Positions 1 to 8,699 of a DNA stretch of 64,000 nucleotides are shown piece after piece. Numbering within the stretch: the first letter of the stretch is position 1; each line of letters opens with the position of its first letter. Source of the DNA: a virus; IMG/VR virus record IMGVR_UViG_3300025141_000060, positions 1 through 64,000 of that record. One strand, 5' to 3'. The notes beneath the pieces were generated by a model that was not told where the DNA came from, ran no database searches, and saw nothing but the letters and a program-made list of their open reading frames with translations. The translations under genes were made by a program, and so were the position numbers.

Positions 1-195
1 TGGCGTCCCTAGAGCAGCAGTCAGAACCTGCTCAGGGGTATACTCTTGAACAATCTTATCTGGTTTCTCTTTCTTCTTCTGCGGTTCCTTTTTTTTAGAT
101 TTCTTTTTTGCCTTCTTCTCTTCCTTCTCCAACAAAACAAGCTCTCGCTTCTTTAAACGTGAGTAACTTTCAAGTAGTTCAGTAAAATAATCCAT
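1..195 (-). CDS. Lys-rich protein, N-terminal part only (runs off window start); probable internal head protein
   Basis: Not in ORF track. ATG at 195-193, frame open to base 1: MDYFTELLESYSRLKKRELVLLEKEEKKAKKKSKKKEPQKKKEK... LLE motifs resemble T4-type prohead-protease sites. Confidence 0.65.
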   Translation of the reverse strand, partial: MDYFTELLESYSRLKKRELVLLEKEEKKAKKKSKKKEPQKKKEKPDKIVQEYTPEQVLTAALGTP

Positions 196-209
196 ATTAT
201 ATGATAGCT

Positions 210-246
210 AAAAAAGAAACCCAACCCGCGTCCAAACGAGTTGGGT
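210..246 (-). terminator. Rho-independent terminator after tail tube gene
   Basis: Minus strand ACCCAACTCG-tttggacg-CGGGTTGGGT (10-bp stem, one G-U pair) followed by TTCTTTTTT, about 25 nt after the tube stop codon. Confidence 0.8.
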
Positions 247-270
247 CTTTAAAAAATTTACTATGGTTAA

Positions 271-906
271 TTATCCAACCTCACCATTAACAACGCCTTT
301 CTTATCGTTAGTGTTAATGAAATAATCATAGCGGAAGGTCATTTCAATGGTGTGGAAATCGTTGGTTCCGTAGTTGTACTCCCCATGAGTAATCTTCTTG
401 GGATAACAGCCATAAAGATGAATGACGTTTCGAGGTTGGCCTTTTCCATCAAGCTGAACAACGTCGATAGTTTGCTTGAAAGTATTTAACTGACCGTTGA
501 GCCCTGGAATTTTACCACCCTCAAGCTCTCCTGTGCGTGGATCATATGTTACAGCCATCAGTTCATAAAGAAGCTTATCAACCTTTGTCTTCTGTAAGTT
601 ATCAAAAGTTACAACCAACTCATCCATACTTGGACGACCAGGATAGTAAACTTTGTCGTTAACTCTATGAACCTCAATATCTTCTACACTAAATCCAATA
701 CCATTCACTTGCTTTGCTGCAAGAGTAAGGGGTTTTTGCATAGTATTTACTGGATCTTTTGCTCCAAAATGAAATGAGATCTCCCACTGATAAGCTCGTA
801 CTGAATCTAGTTCAGTAGAGATTACAGGGGTGGTTGGTTGCTCACCGCTAATTGTGCGAGCTACCTGACCATCGTTATTAATAAAATAGGGGTTTGCGTT
901 TGGCAT
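271..906 (-). CDS. gp19: Tail tube protein (T4 gp19-like)
   Basis: YYPGRPSMDELVVTF, VVQLDGKG, LYGCYPKKI, IEMTFRYDY motifs of the gp19 family; directly follows sheath; GGAG RBS. Confidence 0.9.
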   Translation of the reverse strand: MPNANPYFINNDGQVARTISGEQPTTPVISTELDSVRAYQWEISFHFGAKDPVNTMQKPLTLAAKQVNGIGFSVEDIEVHRVNDKVYYPGRPSMDELVVTFDNLQKTKVDKLLYELMAVTYDPRTGELEGGKIPGLNGQLNTFKQTIDVVQLDGKGQPRNVIHLYGCYPKKITHGEYNYGTNDFHTIEMTFRYDYFINTNDKKGVVNGEVG

Positions 907-919
907 GTTTTCTCCGTTA

Positions 920-3181
920 TCAGCCTATGTTTGCTGATTGATTTGTAATGTTAAGTTCAAAGACTAAGACTTCTGCTGCCTTTGTAGGTTTGATAAGAAT
1001 CTTGCACCAAAGCTCATTTCTATCAACTCTCACTGGAGTATTTACTGTCTCATCACAAATTACCTTAAATTCTGTGACACCCCTTCTTCGTTTTATATCC
1101 TCAAACAAGGGGACGAGAAGGGTTTGAATTCTTTCTTGAGTAATTTTATCATTAGGCTCAAAGATGAATCTCTGCGTTGACATGGTAATTACTCGCTTGA
1201 TGAAAACCATAAGCCTTCGAACATTAATCCGATCCAGCGCCGTTGGGGCACGTTGAGTGGTTCTTTGTCCAAAGATTGTGATTCCTTGCAAGGGGAAATT
1301 AACGATTGGGTTAACAATGTTACCTCCACTATAAAGACTGTCTCTATCACCTTGGTTTAAATCAACTTCAGTATCAAAAGGCTTAGTTAAACGACCACGA
1401 ACAAAGCCTGCTGGAGCGAACCAAAGCTCTGCAACACTGTCAGTGAAGCCCATTTGTCTTACAGCGAAGATAGCTGGGTCCATCCAAATATCCTTAGCCA
1501 TATAAGACTGGAATACTTTTACGGCTGGGTAGTAAAGGCATGCATAGGAGCTATTGAAAGCGGAATTCCTATAAGGGGTTTGTCCGTTTGCATATTCAAT
1601 AGCGTCTCCAGGGTTCCCAATTCCTATTGGGCAACCAAAGACTGCAAGGAAATTTCCAGTAGTTTCAGCCAGTGTTATTAAAGCATTCTGTACTCTCTGA
1701 TCACTAATACCAGGAACAATAGCGAGAGTAACAGGAACAAGCTCATCATTTAGTGCTTGCATCCCTGTTCTGGTAGGAGTTACCTGACCAATTAAAGCAT
1801 CAGCTTCTTTATCAGTATCTCCATCACCGTCACCATTTGTTCCACCAGCTAAGTTAACTGTCGTATCAACTAGTTTAATAAACCTAGGTGCTAATGGGTT
1901 CCAATCTCCAACCGTTGCACTAAATGTAGTAACTAAGACATCTGCATCGGCAGGCATCGAGACGTTGGGATATCCAGTGTAAGAATACCCGCCACCGTGA
2001 CCACTTACCTGAGTTACGCTATTGGTAAGAGCACTCAAATGAGACTCATAAAAAGGTACCGCAGCATCAGAGAAGATACTATCTTCTAAGATTAGATTGC
2101 CTTTAATGGTTTCTGATTTTAGGTCTGTAGCACCTGTGTTAATTACATCCTCTAAGTAATTTCCAGAAGCAACAAACGAGGCTTTGAATCCCTCCTCTGC
2201 TATTCCTCCATCATTAATATTAACTGTAAAGTTTCTAGAGCCTAAGGGACCTACTGTGATAGAATTTCCTAAGATACTACCATCTGCAAGTGTTGATGTG
2301 TTATACCCTGTACCAGGATAAAGTGATTCAGTTAGATAACCTATAGATGAAAGAGTATTATCTGATCCTAGTCTTGCACCAGGATTAAAAGAATAACCGT
2401 TTGTTTTTAAAGCAAAAGAGTAAGCTTGTGTTGCAGAGAGGGACGCTCTAGCACCACTTGTACTTAAGTGGTGAAGTATTCCAGAGAGACCAACAGAATA
2501 ATTACTGTCTGAGTAGGCCGAAACTGCTAAAGACGCACCTGAACCTGCATAGTTCCCTACTAAGTAAACTGCGCTGCCTTGGCTGGGTCCATCGTCGGGA
2601 CCTTGCAAAGTAGCACCAGAAGTAAAGTAAACACCAACTTCATCAGTGTCCATGTTACCACCAATGACTGACTTCATGGCTACATCTTGCGTTGTAGCAA
2701 GCTGACCACCAGACATTGTTCCTGATGGGATAGCGAAGCTTTTAGGCACGGCAAACCTTTCCCGTCCCGCACTATCAGTTACTTGAACTTTTAAATAACA
2801 GGGTTGACTAACACCAATGCCTGCCGCGCCTCCAGTATCGACAGCGGGTACTCCTGAAACAAGCATTGCAGGGCACGACCCCATAGGCATTACCCCACTT
2901 GCCGCATTGGCTCCTGTCTCAGCAACAGCGCGAACATAATATGTTTGGTTAGCCGTTTCTAAAATCTCTAAACCACCCTCTAAGCCTTGACCAGCTAAAG
3001 CCTCTTGGGGTCTACCAAAAGTTTTTACTAGATTCTCCTGGCTTGTTATAAGGGTAGCCTTATTAGTGGGGCCTTTGCTTGCAAAACCAACAATACCTAC
3101 AACCGTAGGGTTAACTGCTGGGGTGTAATCGCTAATGTCTTTCTCAATTACATATACACCTGGACTAACGAAATTTGCCAT
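920..3181 (-). CDS. gp18: Tail sheath protein (T4 gp18-like)
   Basis: N-terminus FVSPGVYVIEKD...GFASKGP; C-terminus WFAPAGFVRG, FGQRT, LDRINVRRL, FIFEPND, IKPTKAAE. Confidence 0.96.
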   Translation of the reverse strand: MANFVSPGVYVIEKDISDYTPAVNPTVVGIVGFASKGPTNKATLITSQENLVKTFGRPQEALAGQGLEGGLEILETANQTYYVRAVAETGANAASGVMPMGSCPAMLVSGVPAVDTGGAAGIGVSQPCYLKVQVTDSAGRERFAVPKSFAIPSGTMSGGQLATTQDVAMKSVIGGNMDTDEVGVYFTSGATLQGPDDGPSQGSAVYLVGNYAGSGASLAVSAYSDSNYSVGLSGILHHLSTSGARASLSATQAYSFALKTNGYSFNPGARLGSDNTLSSIGYLTESLYPGTGYNTSTLADGSILGNSITVGPLGSRNFTVNINDGGIAEEGFKASFVASGNYLEDVINTGATDLKSETIKGNLILEDSIFSDAAVPFYESHLSALTNSVTQVSGHGGGYSYTGYPNVSMPADADVLVTTFSATVGDWNPLAPRFIKLVDTTVNLAGGTNGDGDGDTDKEADALIGQVTPTRTGMQALNDELVPVTLAIVPGISDQRVQNALITLAETTGNFLAVFGCPIGIGNPGDAIEYANGQTPYRNSAFNSSYACLYYPAVKVFQSYMAKDIWMDPAIFAVRQMGFTDSVAELWFAPAGFVRGRLTKPFDTEVDLNQGDRDSLYSGGNIVNPIVNFPLQGITIFGQRTTQRAPTALDRINVRRLMVFIKRVITMSTQRFIFEPNDKITQERIQTLLVPLFEDIKRRRGVTEFKVICDETVNTPVRVDRNELWCKILIKPTKAAEVLVFELNITNQSANIG

Positions 3182-3191
3182 AATTTATCTC

Positions 3192-3368
3192 CTAAGCATT
3201 TCTGATACTAAGCATACGACGAGCAGATAAGGTCTGCATTTGTCCACTGACAAACGAAGGAGGGACAACCATTGTCTCTCTAGGCATAAGCCAGACTCTT
3301 TTCGCTCCGCTGCTGGTGGTTAAATACAACTCTAAGCGTTGTAAGCAATCATTTGTAATACTTTTCAT
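3192..3368 (-). CDS. Small 58-aa hypothetical protein upstream of sheath
   Basis: Not in ORF track. MKSITNDCLQRLELYLTTSSGAKRVWLMPRETMVVPPSFVSGQMQTLSARRMLSIRNA*. GAGG RBS 6 nt upstream, preceded by a late-promoter motif; its stop overlaps the sheath AGGAG. Confidence 0.7.
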   Translation of the reverse strand: MKSITNDCLQRLELYLTTSSGAKRVWLMPRETMVVPPSFVSGQMQTLSARRMLSIRNA

Positions 3369-3376
3369 AATAACCT

Positions 3377-3390
3377 CTATTTATATTTAG
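3377..3390 (-). promoter_or_regulatory. T4-type late promoter (CTAAATATAAATAG, contains TATAAATA)
   Basis: Exact T4 late consensus TATAAATA in the intergenic space upstream of the sheath-tube operon. Confidence 0.7.
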
Positions 3391-3404
3391 TAAATTTAGG
3401 CCCA

Positions 3405-3431
3405 AATAGTGCTAAAAAAATTAGCACTATT
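3405..3431. repeat. Perfect 11-bp inverted repeat (terminator- or operator-like)
   Basis: AATAGTGCTAA-aaaaa-TTAGCACTATT between the gp15-like stop and the late promoter. Confidence 0.65.
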
Positions 3432-3442
3432 CTTAATACCTA

Positions 3443-4168
3443 TTAAGAATCCACTATTATTGCATCTAAATTAAGCTCTTCAATCTGTCCCGTAGATGTT
3501 ATAAGATATTTTGGACTTTTTATGTACGTTTCAACAGAAGCAGTAAATGATTTCCGAATAACTCTATCTTCTCTATCCCCTAAAGAAAAGCTATAGTTAT
3601 TAGTTTCTGAAGCTAGAAAGACTTTACTATCCTTACTAAACTGTGTGTTTAATTCAATAGAAGGGTTAAATCTAAGCCTAATTTGCTGTGATAATTGGTC
3701 CATGTCTTCCATATACTTGGCCCAAACATTAATATTATACTGTATGGTAACAGGTCTATCACACAAACTAATTATCCTCTCTGCTTTTTGTTTATCTTTA
3801 TTCCAATAGGTACTATGCATAACTACAGGAAAATATTTTTGTCTATTGGGACTTTCTATAATACTATTTTGTGAGATAGTAAGAAAAGGCAATACTAAAT
3901 TATCTGTCTGGTGTAATTTTGCTATAGTTCTATCTGGGTTTCCATATCTACATTTAGATTTTATTATTTCTAATTCATCATTAAGATAGGGCAAATCATT
4001 AAACTCGCTTAGTAAAAATCTAACAATTTCTTTGTATCCATTTAAAGGAATAACACTTTTTTTGTCCATCTGAGATATTAAATTTAATAAATACTCTTGA
4101 GATGTTATCCTTGAGGTTTTGATTAAATCAAAATTACTAGAAGTTGTTATATCAAAATTATTTGTCAT
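3443..4168 (-). CDS. Tail terminator / sheath stabiliser (gp15-like)
   Basis: LPFLTI, PVTIQYNINVWAKYMEDMDQLSQQIRLRFNP, F-x-ASVETYI pattern; position between neck and sheath genes. Confidence 0.75.
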   Translation of the reverse strand: MTNNFDITTSSNFDLIKTSRITSQEYLLNLISQMDKKSVIPLNGYKEIVRFLLSEFNDLPYLNDELEIIKSKCRYGNPDRTIAKLHQTDNLVLPFLTISQNSIIESPNRQKYFPVVMHSTYWNKDKQKAERIISLCDRPVTIQYNINVWAKYMEDMDQLSQQIRLRFNPSIELNTQFSKDSKVFLASETNNYSFSLGDREDRVIRKSFTASVETYIKSPKYLITSTGQIEELNLDAIIVDS

Positions 4169-4632
4169 TTTATAATGCTCTCAGTTAGAGTAACTTTTAA
4201 TACCCTATCAGCTTCTCCCCCAGGAAAAGGAGGATCTTCAACTGTTTTTTCTCTTTTTGGTTTTGGTCGAGGGCAGGTACACGCATCTTCCGCTGGAAGC
4301 CCTTGTTCAAGTGCGTGAGGAACCCCCTTTCCATAAGGACCTGAGAACTTTATATACTTACTTGAAGCGCAAGCACACTCAAAATATCTATCATCATACT
4401 CATCAGAGGCTTCGACCATACTCCAACACACTGTTGGAGGAGAAAATTTTAGTTCATTACACTCATCATTAGAAAAATCAGGGCACTCGGCCTCTGGGTG
4501 AGACTCTTTACATTCCTCAAAGTAAGTCCCTTCAAAATCATAAGTAGGTTTGGGGTGACTAGGAGTTGTAGAAGTATTTTGTCTCCAAGACCCTTCAAAC
4601 CTTCGAAATTTACAACAGTTTACTGTGGTCAT
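4165..4632 (-). CDS. Cys-rich hypothetical protein
   Basis: 155 aa with 4-nt overlaps to both neighbours; about 10 Cys (CC, CAC, CTC). Confidence 0.6.
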   Translation of the reverse strand: MTTVNCCKFRRFEGSWRQNTSTTPSHPKPTYDFEGTYFEECKESHPEAECPDFSNDECNELKFSPPTVCWSMVEASDEYDDRYFECACASSKYIKFSGPYGKGVPHALEQGLPAEDACTCPRPKPKREKTVEDPPFPGGEADRVLKVTLTESIIK

Positions 4633-5198
4633 AGATCTTTATATCCCCCCACATCATTACTTAACTCGGTGAGGGGTTCATCTATAACACTTGCCTCATC
4701 ACGAAGAATCTTGGCAGCGCAGACCAGATGATAAACTCCATATAATTGAAAACTGTCTTCTTGAACCTCAAAAATTTCGTATTTTTGGTTCTGGAATTTT
4801 GGTTTGATTATATCCCCAGCAATAGGAGACCTATTGATCTTTGAGGTAATATAAGATTTATTAAAAATAAATAACTGATCGTTAGTTAACTCTAAGCCAA
4901 ACTCTGTAAGATTCTGTTCCACCGGCTTGGGTTCATAATGACCATAAACATTAATTGGTTCAGAAATTATAGGCTTATTCCTAGCCTCTAAATATATTTC
5001 ATCATAATCTTCAGAAATTAGGAACTTATAGTAGAGAAGTTCCGATCCTGCTATACGAATAAGCTCATCGTCTACTAGGTTAAAAAGATTGATATCAGCA
5101 TTCTCTTGGTCAAAAAAAGATAGATCACTCTTCCCTTCCAACTCAGGAAGAGGCAGCATGTCTGTAGACACCTCAAAAAGATCTTTCTTTCTGTCCAT
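4629..5198 (-). CDS. gp14: Neck protein / head closure (gp14-like)
   Basis: ELIRIAGSELLYY, DEIYLE, LTEFGLEL, PIAGDII, YEIFEV pattern; follows gp13-like gene. Confidence 0.8.
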   Translation of the reverse strand: MDRKKDLFEVSTDMLPLPELEGKSDLSFFDQENADINLFNLVDDELIRIAGSELLYYKFLISEDYDEIYLEARNKPIISEPINVYGHYEPKPVEQNLTEFGLELTNDQLFIFNKSYITSKINRSPIAGDIIKPKFQNQKYEIFEVQEDSFQLYGVYHLVCAAKILRDEASVIDEPLTELSNDVGGYKDL

Positions 5199-6088
5199 CA
5201 GAATGTAGTGAAGACGGGTGGCTCTTCAACCTCCATCAATAATTCTTCAATTAATGCCTGTTTTTCCTGCTGGCTTTCCGTTGCAAGCTGAGGTCCATTC
5301 AATACCGCTCCTCCCGCTGGGGAAGGAACTGAGGCAAATTTTCCTCTAATTTGAGATAAAACCCCTTTGGCAACAGCAAGGGCATATCTTTGGACCCAAT
5401 TAGTATAGTAAGGTAGAATCGTATCAGAATCAATAGCCCTATACTCCAAAATAACCTTCTCAGGAGTCTGGGAAGGAGAGGGATAAATCTGTAGGTATTT
5501 ACCACCAACAACATTAAACCCTCCGTCCTGGCTAAGAATCTTTCTGTACATCTCCAAGTTCTGTTGAAGCTGATAGAACTCAGCAATATTCATATCCCCA
5601 AACAAGAAGTTATCTTGGAAGTATTTTAAGAAAAAATCGAACTCAAGGGTACCATTCTGAGATGCGATAGTTAATAAGGTCTTTCTATATGCTACATATT
5701 CCAAATTTTGGAGCATGTAGAGAGGAATTTCATAAATATTCTGCCCCGCAGAAGCATCAAAGGTTGCATACTGTAGATTCCACAAAGGAGCATGATAATT
5801 TAATTTATTAATTGCTTCTTGTATGGATTGCTTTAATTGAAATCCCGTTAACTCTACACGGACAATAGGGAACCCTAACATCCCCAAAATATAGTCTTTA
5901 ATTATTGTCTCATAACCACTAAACTCTGTCGCAGATTCTAAAGTTAATCTATTAAGCGCAGGAGCATCTATATCCCCTGTTTGTTTGTAGTCTGTAAGTA
6001 AATATCCCCCATAATCACCTAAACTTGTTCCATAGCCATTAAGCCTTGGTTTTGGGATCTGAGGATGGTTGTTTGGTTGGCTCTTCAT
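5198..6088 (-). CDS. gp13: Neck protein / head-tail adaptor (gp13-like)
   Basis: DYILGMLGFPIVRVELT, WVQRYALAVAK...RGKF, GGAVLNG motifs. Confidence 0.88.
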   Translation of the reverse strand: MKSQPNNHPQIPKPRLNGYGTSLGDYGGYLLTDYKQTGDIDAPALNRLTLESATEFSGYETIIKDYILGMLGFPIVRVELTGFQLKQSIQEAINKLNYHAPLWNLQYATFDASAGQNIYEIPLYMLQNLEYVAYRKTLLTIASQNGTLEFDFFLKYFQDNFLFGDMNIAEFYQLQQNLEMYRKILSQDGGFNVVGGKYLQIYPSPSQTPEKVILEYRAIDSDTILPYYTNWVQRYALAVAKGVLSQIRGKFASVPSPAGGAVLNGPQLATESQQEKQALIEELLMEVEEPPVFTTF

Positions 6089-6278
6089 TCTTTATTTCCT
6101 CGTTATCATGTACTACTTTAGGTCTCCCCCTCTTGCGACTAGGATTATTTAAAAGAACTAAATAATCATTATCCAAAATAGCATTAGATTCAATTATTTG
6201 CTTAGGTCTAATCTCTATAATTTTATCGCCTATAGTAGTTAGCATTCTAAACTTACATTTGCTTTGATATTTATACAT
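6039..6278 (-). CDS. Small protein with AT-hook-like motif
   Basis: 79 aa between MCP terminator and gp13; contains RKRGRPK. Confidence 0.6.
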   Translation of the reverse strand: MYKYQSKCKFRMLTTIGDKIIEIRPKQIIESNAILDNDYLVLLNNPSRKRGRPKVVHDNEEIKNEEPTKQPSSDPKTKA

Positions 6279-6290
6279 TATTTACCACAT

Positions 6291-6326
6291 AAAAGAACAA
6301 GGGTGGGGGCCAGAGCCCCCACCCTT
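6291..6326 (-). terminator. Rho-independent terminator after major capsid gene
   Basis: 12-bp perfect stem AAGGGTGGGGGC/GCCCCCACCCTT with 4-nt loop, followed on the minus strand by GTTCTTTT. Confidence 0.9.
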
Positions 6327-6360
6327 TTAAAAATAATCAGTATTGTCTTAGCAATCCAAA

Positions 6361-7995
6361 TTAGACATTCGCGTTGTTTTTCACAGCGAAGAATGGTGTG
6401 AAGAGGTAGTTTGCAGTAGGCCCAACGAGTCTAATGATTCTGTAGAATCTAGACGCTGGAGCGACTTCTGCTTTACCGTAACGAGTAATGATGCCTTTTT
6501 TGGGCTGGAAAGTCTCGGGATCAGTGATGGTTGGTGTTTGCTGTAATGGAATGTAGGGGCAGTAAACATAACCCGAATCCATTGCGTTGGCACCTTTGTA
6601 ACCAATAAGAATCTCGTCCTCAGGATAAAGAGGATCAATATAGAGGTCAAACTGACCAGCAAGCTTACCCTTATACTCGACCTTAGCCCCAGCCATATTA
6701 GTGGGACCATCTGATTTCTCAATACCACCTTCCATCTTGGCAGCAGCAACAAGCATTGCGCCAACAGTGGGAGAGGTGACCATAAAGTTACCAGGACCGC
6801 GCAGGGTAGTCTTGTAAATGTCAGTTGCCGCTCTCTGGCAGAGTGCCATGAGGTTAGCATAGACATGACCAACGTGCTGAGGTGCAAAATCAAGAGCAGA
6901 GCTAGAGAAATCAATCAAGAACACGTTATCGTAAACTGACTCACCTTCGTTTCGGGTGTTGCCGTACTTACCAGCAAAATCATAATCGAATGCACTTGCA
7001 TTTGTGAAGTCTGGTTGGAAGCTCAAGTTAGGACCATTGGCTTGGTTCTGAGATTGATCCAAAGAACTTCTTTGCCAACCAAGACCAGAACCAGTATCTT
7101 GAGCAGACCTACCAACACCATAAGCAATCATCCGAAGATCTTCAATAAGTTCACGGTCGATCTCAAGGCGAAGCTCTTTACCTAGAAGGTCAGTAAGCTC
7201 CTGCTCAAGGTCGAGGTTGTGATAAGCCTTAAGGTCTTGAGAAGCCTCAAGAGTCCAAAGGGCTCTCATCTTACGAGTTCTTGCGGCAACGGGCTGCTGC
7301 TCGATGTTGAAGAGCATTTCTGGGATACCAGATCCAGAAAGACGCTCACCTGATGAGACGTTGAAGCCAAGCATTTGTGCTGGACCAGTAGAAACTACGG
7401 GTCTGTGGGTAGAACTTGCAGTGGGCCAATTAGCAATTTTACCACCAACAGTACTGGAAGGTGCGCCAGAAGCGGTCGGGGAGCCAGCGAGGGTCGCATC
7501 CCCAGCACCAATTAGACCTGAAACATCTAAACCATCGGGAACTGTATCTAGGTCGTAGCTTGCACCATCAAAGATGGGTGCCTGCACTAAACCTCTATAA
7601 GTAAGAGCATACTTACTGTAAATTGTTTGCTCGACGGGTGAGCCATCGGCGTTCCCGACTGCATCTCTTCTTGAATTACCAAGATAGAAAATCTGTGAAA
7701 CTGGTCCCTGCATAGGCTGGACGCCGACGATATTGTTGGCGATTAGCTCGGGATACACACGACGAACAAGGGGGAAAGCAAACTTTTGAAAAGTTCCCAT
7801 ACGACCAACGGTGTTCATACCACCATTGTCGCCTGCGATATCCTCATTAAGTCTATCAGAAATAATAGCCTTAGCTTGGTTCTCTAAAAGTTGTGCTGTT
7901 ACCTTCCTTGTATAGTCGTTAGTAAGTCCTTCTAATACAGGAGACCATTTATCTACGACTTCATTGGCAATACTACCATTAACGTCTACATTCAT
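6361..7995 (-). CDS. gp23: Major capsid protein (T4 gp23-like)
   Basis: KWSPVLEG, LLENQ, GVQPMQGPVSQIFY, ARTRKMRALWTLEASQDLKAYH, EIDRE, YCPYIPL, FQPKKGIITRYG; AAGGAG RBS. Confidence 0.97.
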   Translation of the reverse strand: MNVDVNGSIANEVVDKWSPVLEGLTNDYTRKVTAQLLENQAKAIISDRLNEDIAGDNGGMNTVGRMGTFQKFAFPLVRRVYPELIANNIVGVQPMQGPVSQIFYLGNSRRDAVGNADGSPVEQTIYSKYALTYRGLVQAPIFDGASYDLDTVPDGLDVSGLIGAGDATLAGSPTASGAPSSTVGGKIANWPTASSTHRPVVSTGPAQMLGFNVSSGERLSGSGIPEMLFNIEQQPVAARTRKMRALWTLEASQDLKAYHNLDLEQELTDLLGKELRLEIDRELIEDLRMIAYGVGRSAQDTGSGLGWQRSSLDQSQNQANGPNLSFQPDFTNASAFDYDFAGKYGNTRNEGESVYDNVFLIDFSSSALDFAPQHVGHVYANLMALCQRAATDIYKTTLRGPGNFMVTSPTVGAMLVAAAKMEGGIEKSDGPTNMAGAKVEYKGKLAGQFDLYIDPLYPEDEILIGYKGANAMDSGYVYCPYIPLQQTPTITDPETFQPKKGIITRYGKAEVAPASRFYRIIRLVGPTANYLFTPFFAVKNNANV

Positions 7996-8630
7996 TTTAA
8001 AATCTCCTTTTTAGGCATAAAAGCCATCATGTCTTCGGTAATGAACTCGTTTGAATAACCGGGTTCAACCTGTTGTGCTGCTATCTCTTCAGAATCAACG
8101 TCTTCTGAGATAACAACTGCCTGTTCACTACTTTTGAAAGGCAATGTAGCGGATTCTTCTAAAGAAAGGACAGCTTCCTGTAGATCAACTCGCTCTTCTT
8201 CAAGGATATCAATTTTACCTGACAAAACCCTCAAAGTATTTTCCATTTTTGAGCACTCAGTAAGTGCTGTATTTAATTCACGAATAAGAACATCATTTTC
8301 TTCTTGAACTTCATCAAACTCTTTACGAGTTTGACCGACTGCGTTCTCCTCATCATCACCATTAATCTCTAAGGCCATTAAAGTTTTAAGTGATTCGAAA
8401 ATACGAGCGTTCTTAAAGGTCTCATTCTCTTGTTCCAATTCTGCTATAGCATGGCTTTTAACTTCGTCAATTTTCATGCGAAGGAAGCCGTGGACTTTAT
8501 TCTCTAAATCTTTTACTTTATTCTCAACTTCTTCTGAGATAACCTCACTAACAAGAGTAGCGATCTCATTGACCGTCTCTTCAGTGAGCCCCTCAGGGAG
8601 AAGCTGTGAAATGCTATCGAATTTGCTCAT
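7992..8630 (-). CDS. Prohead scaffolding/core protein (gp22-like)
   Basis: Acidic coiled-coil protein between protease and MCP, with LxE-type sites (GLTEE, RIFES, SLEES, VISED, FITED). Confidence 0.8.
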   Translation of the reverse strand: MSKFDSISQLLPEGLTEETVNEIATLVSEVISEEVENKVKDLENKVHGFLRMKIDEVKSHAIAELEQENETFKNARIFESLKTLMALEINGDDEENAVGQTRKEFDEVQEENDVLIRELNTALTECSKMENTLRVLSGKIDILEEERVDLQEAVLSLEESATLPFKSSEQAVVISEDVDSEEIAAQQVEPGYSNEFITEDMMAFMPKKEILK

Positions 8631-8645
8631 AATTAAACTCCGTGT

Positions 8646-8659
8646 CTATTAATATTTAC
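8646..8659 (-). promoter_or_regulatory. Late promoter candidate (GTAAATATTAATAG)
   Basis: TAAATA-N4-TAG directly upstream of the GGAG RBS of the scaffold-MCP operon. Confidence 0.6.
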
Positions 8660-8699
8660 TAGTGAAAAAAAAGTAGGTCACTTTTTTTTATTTTTTTGC

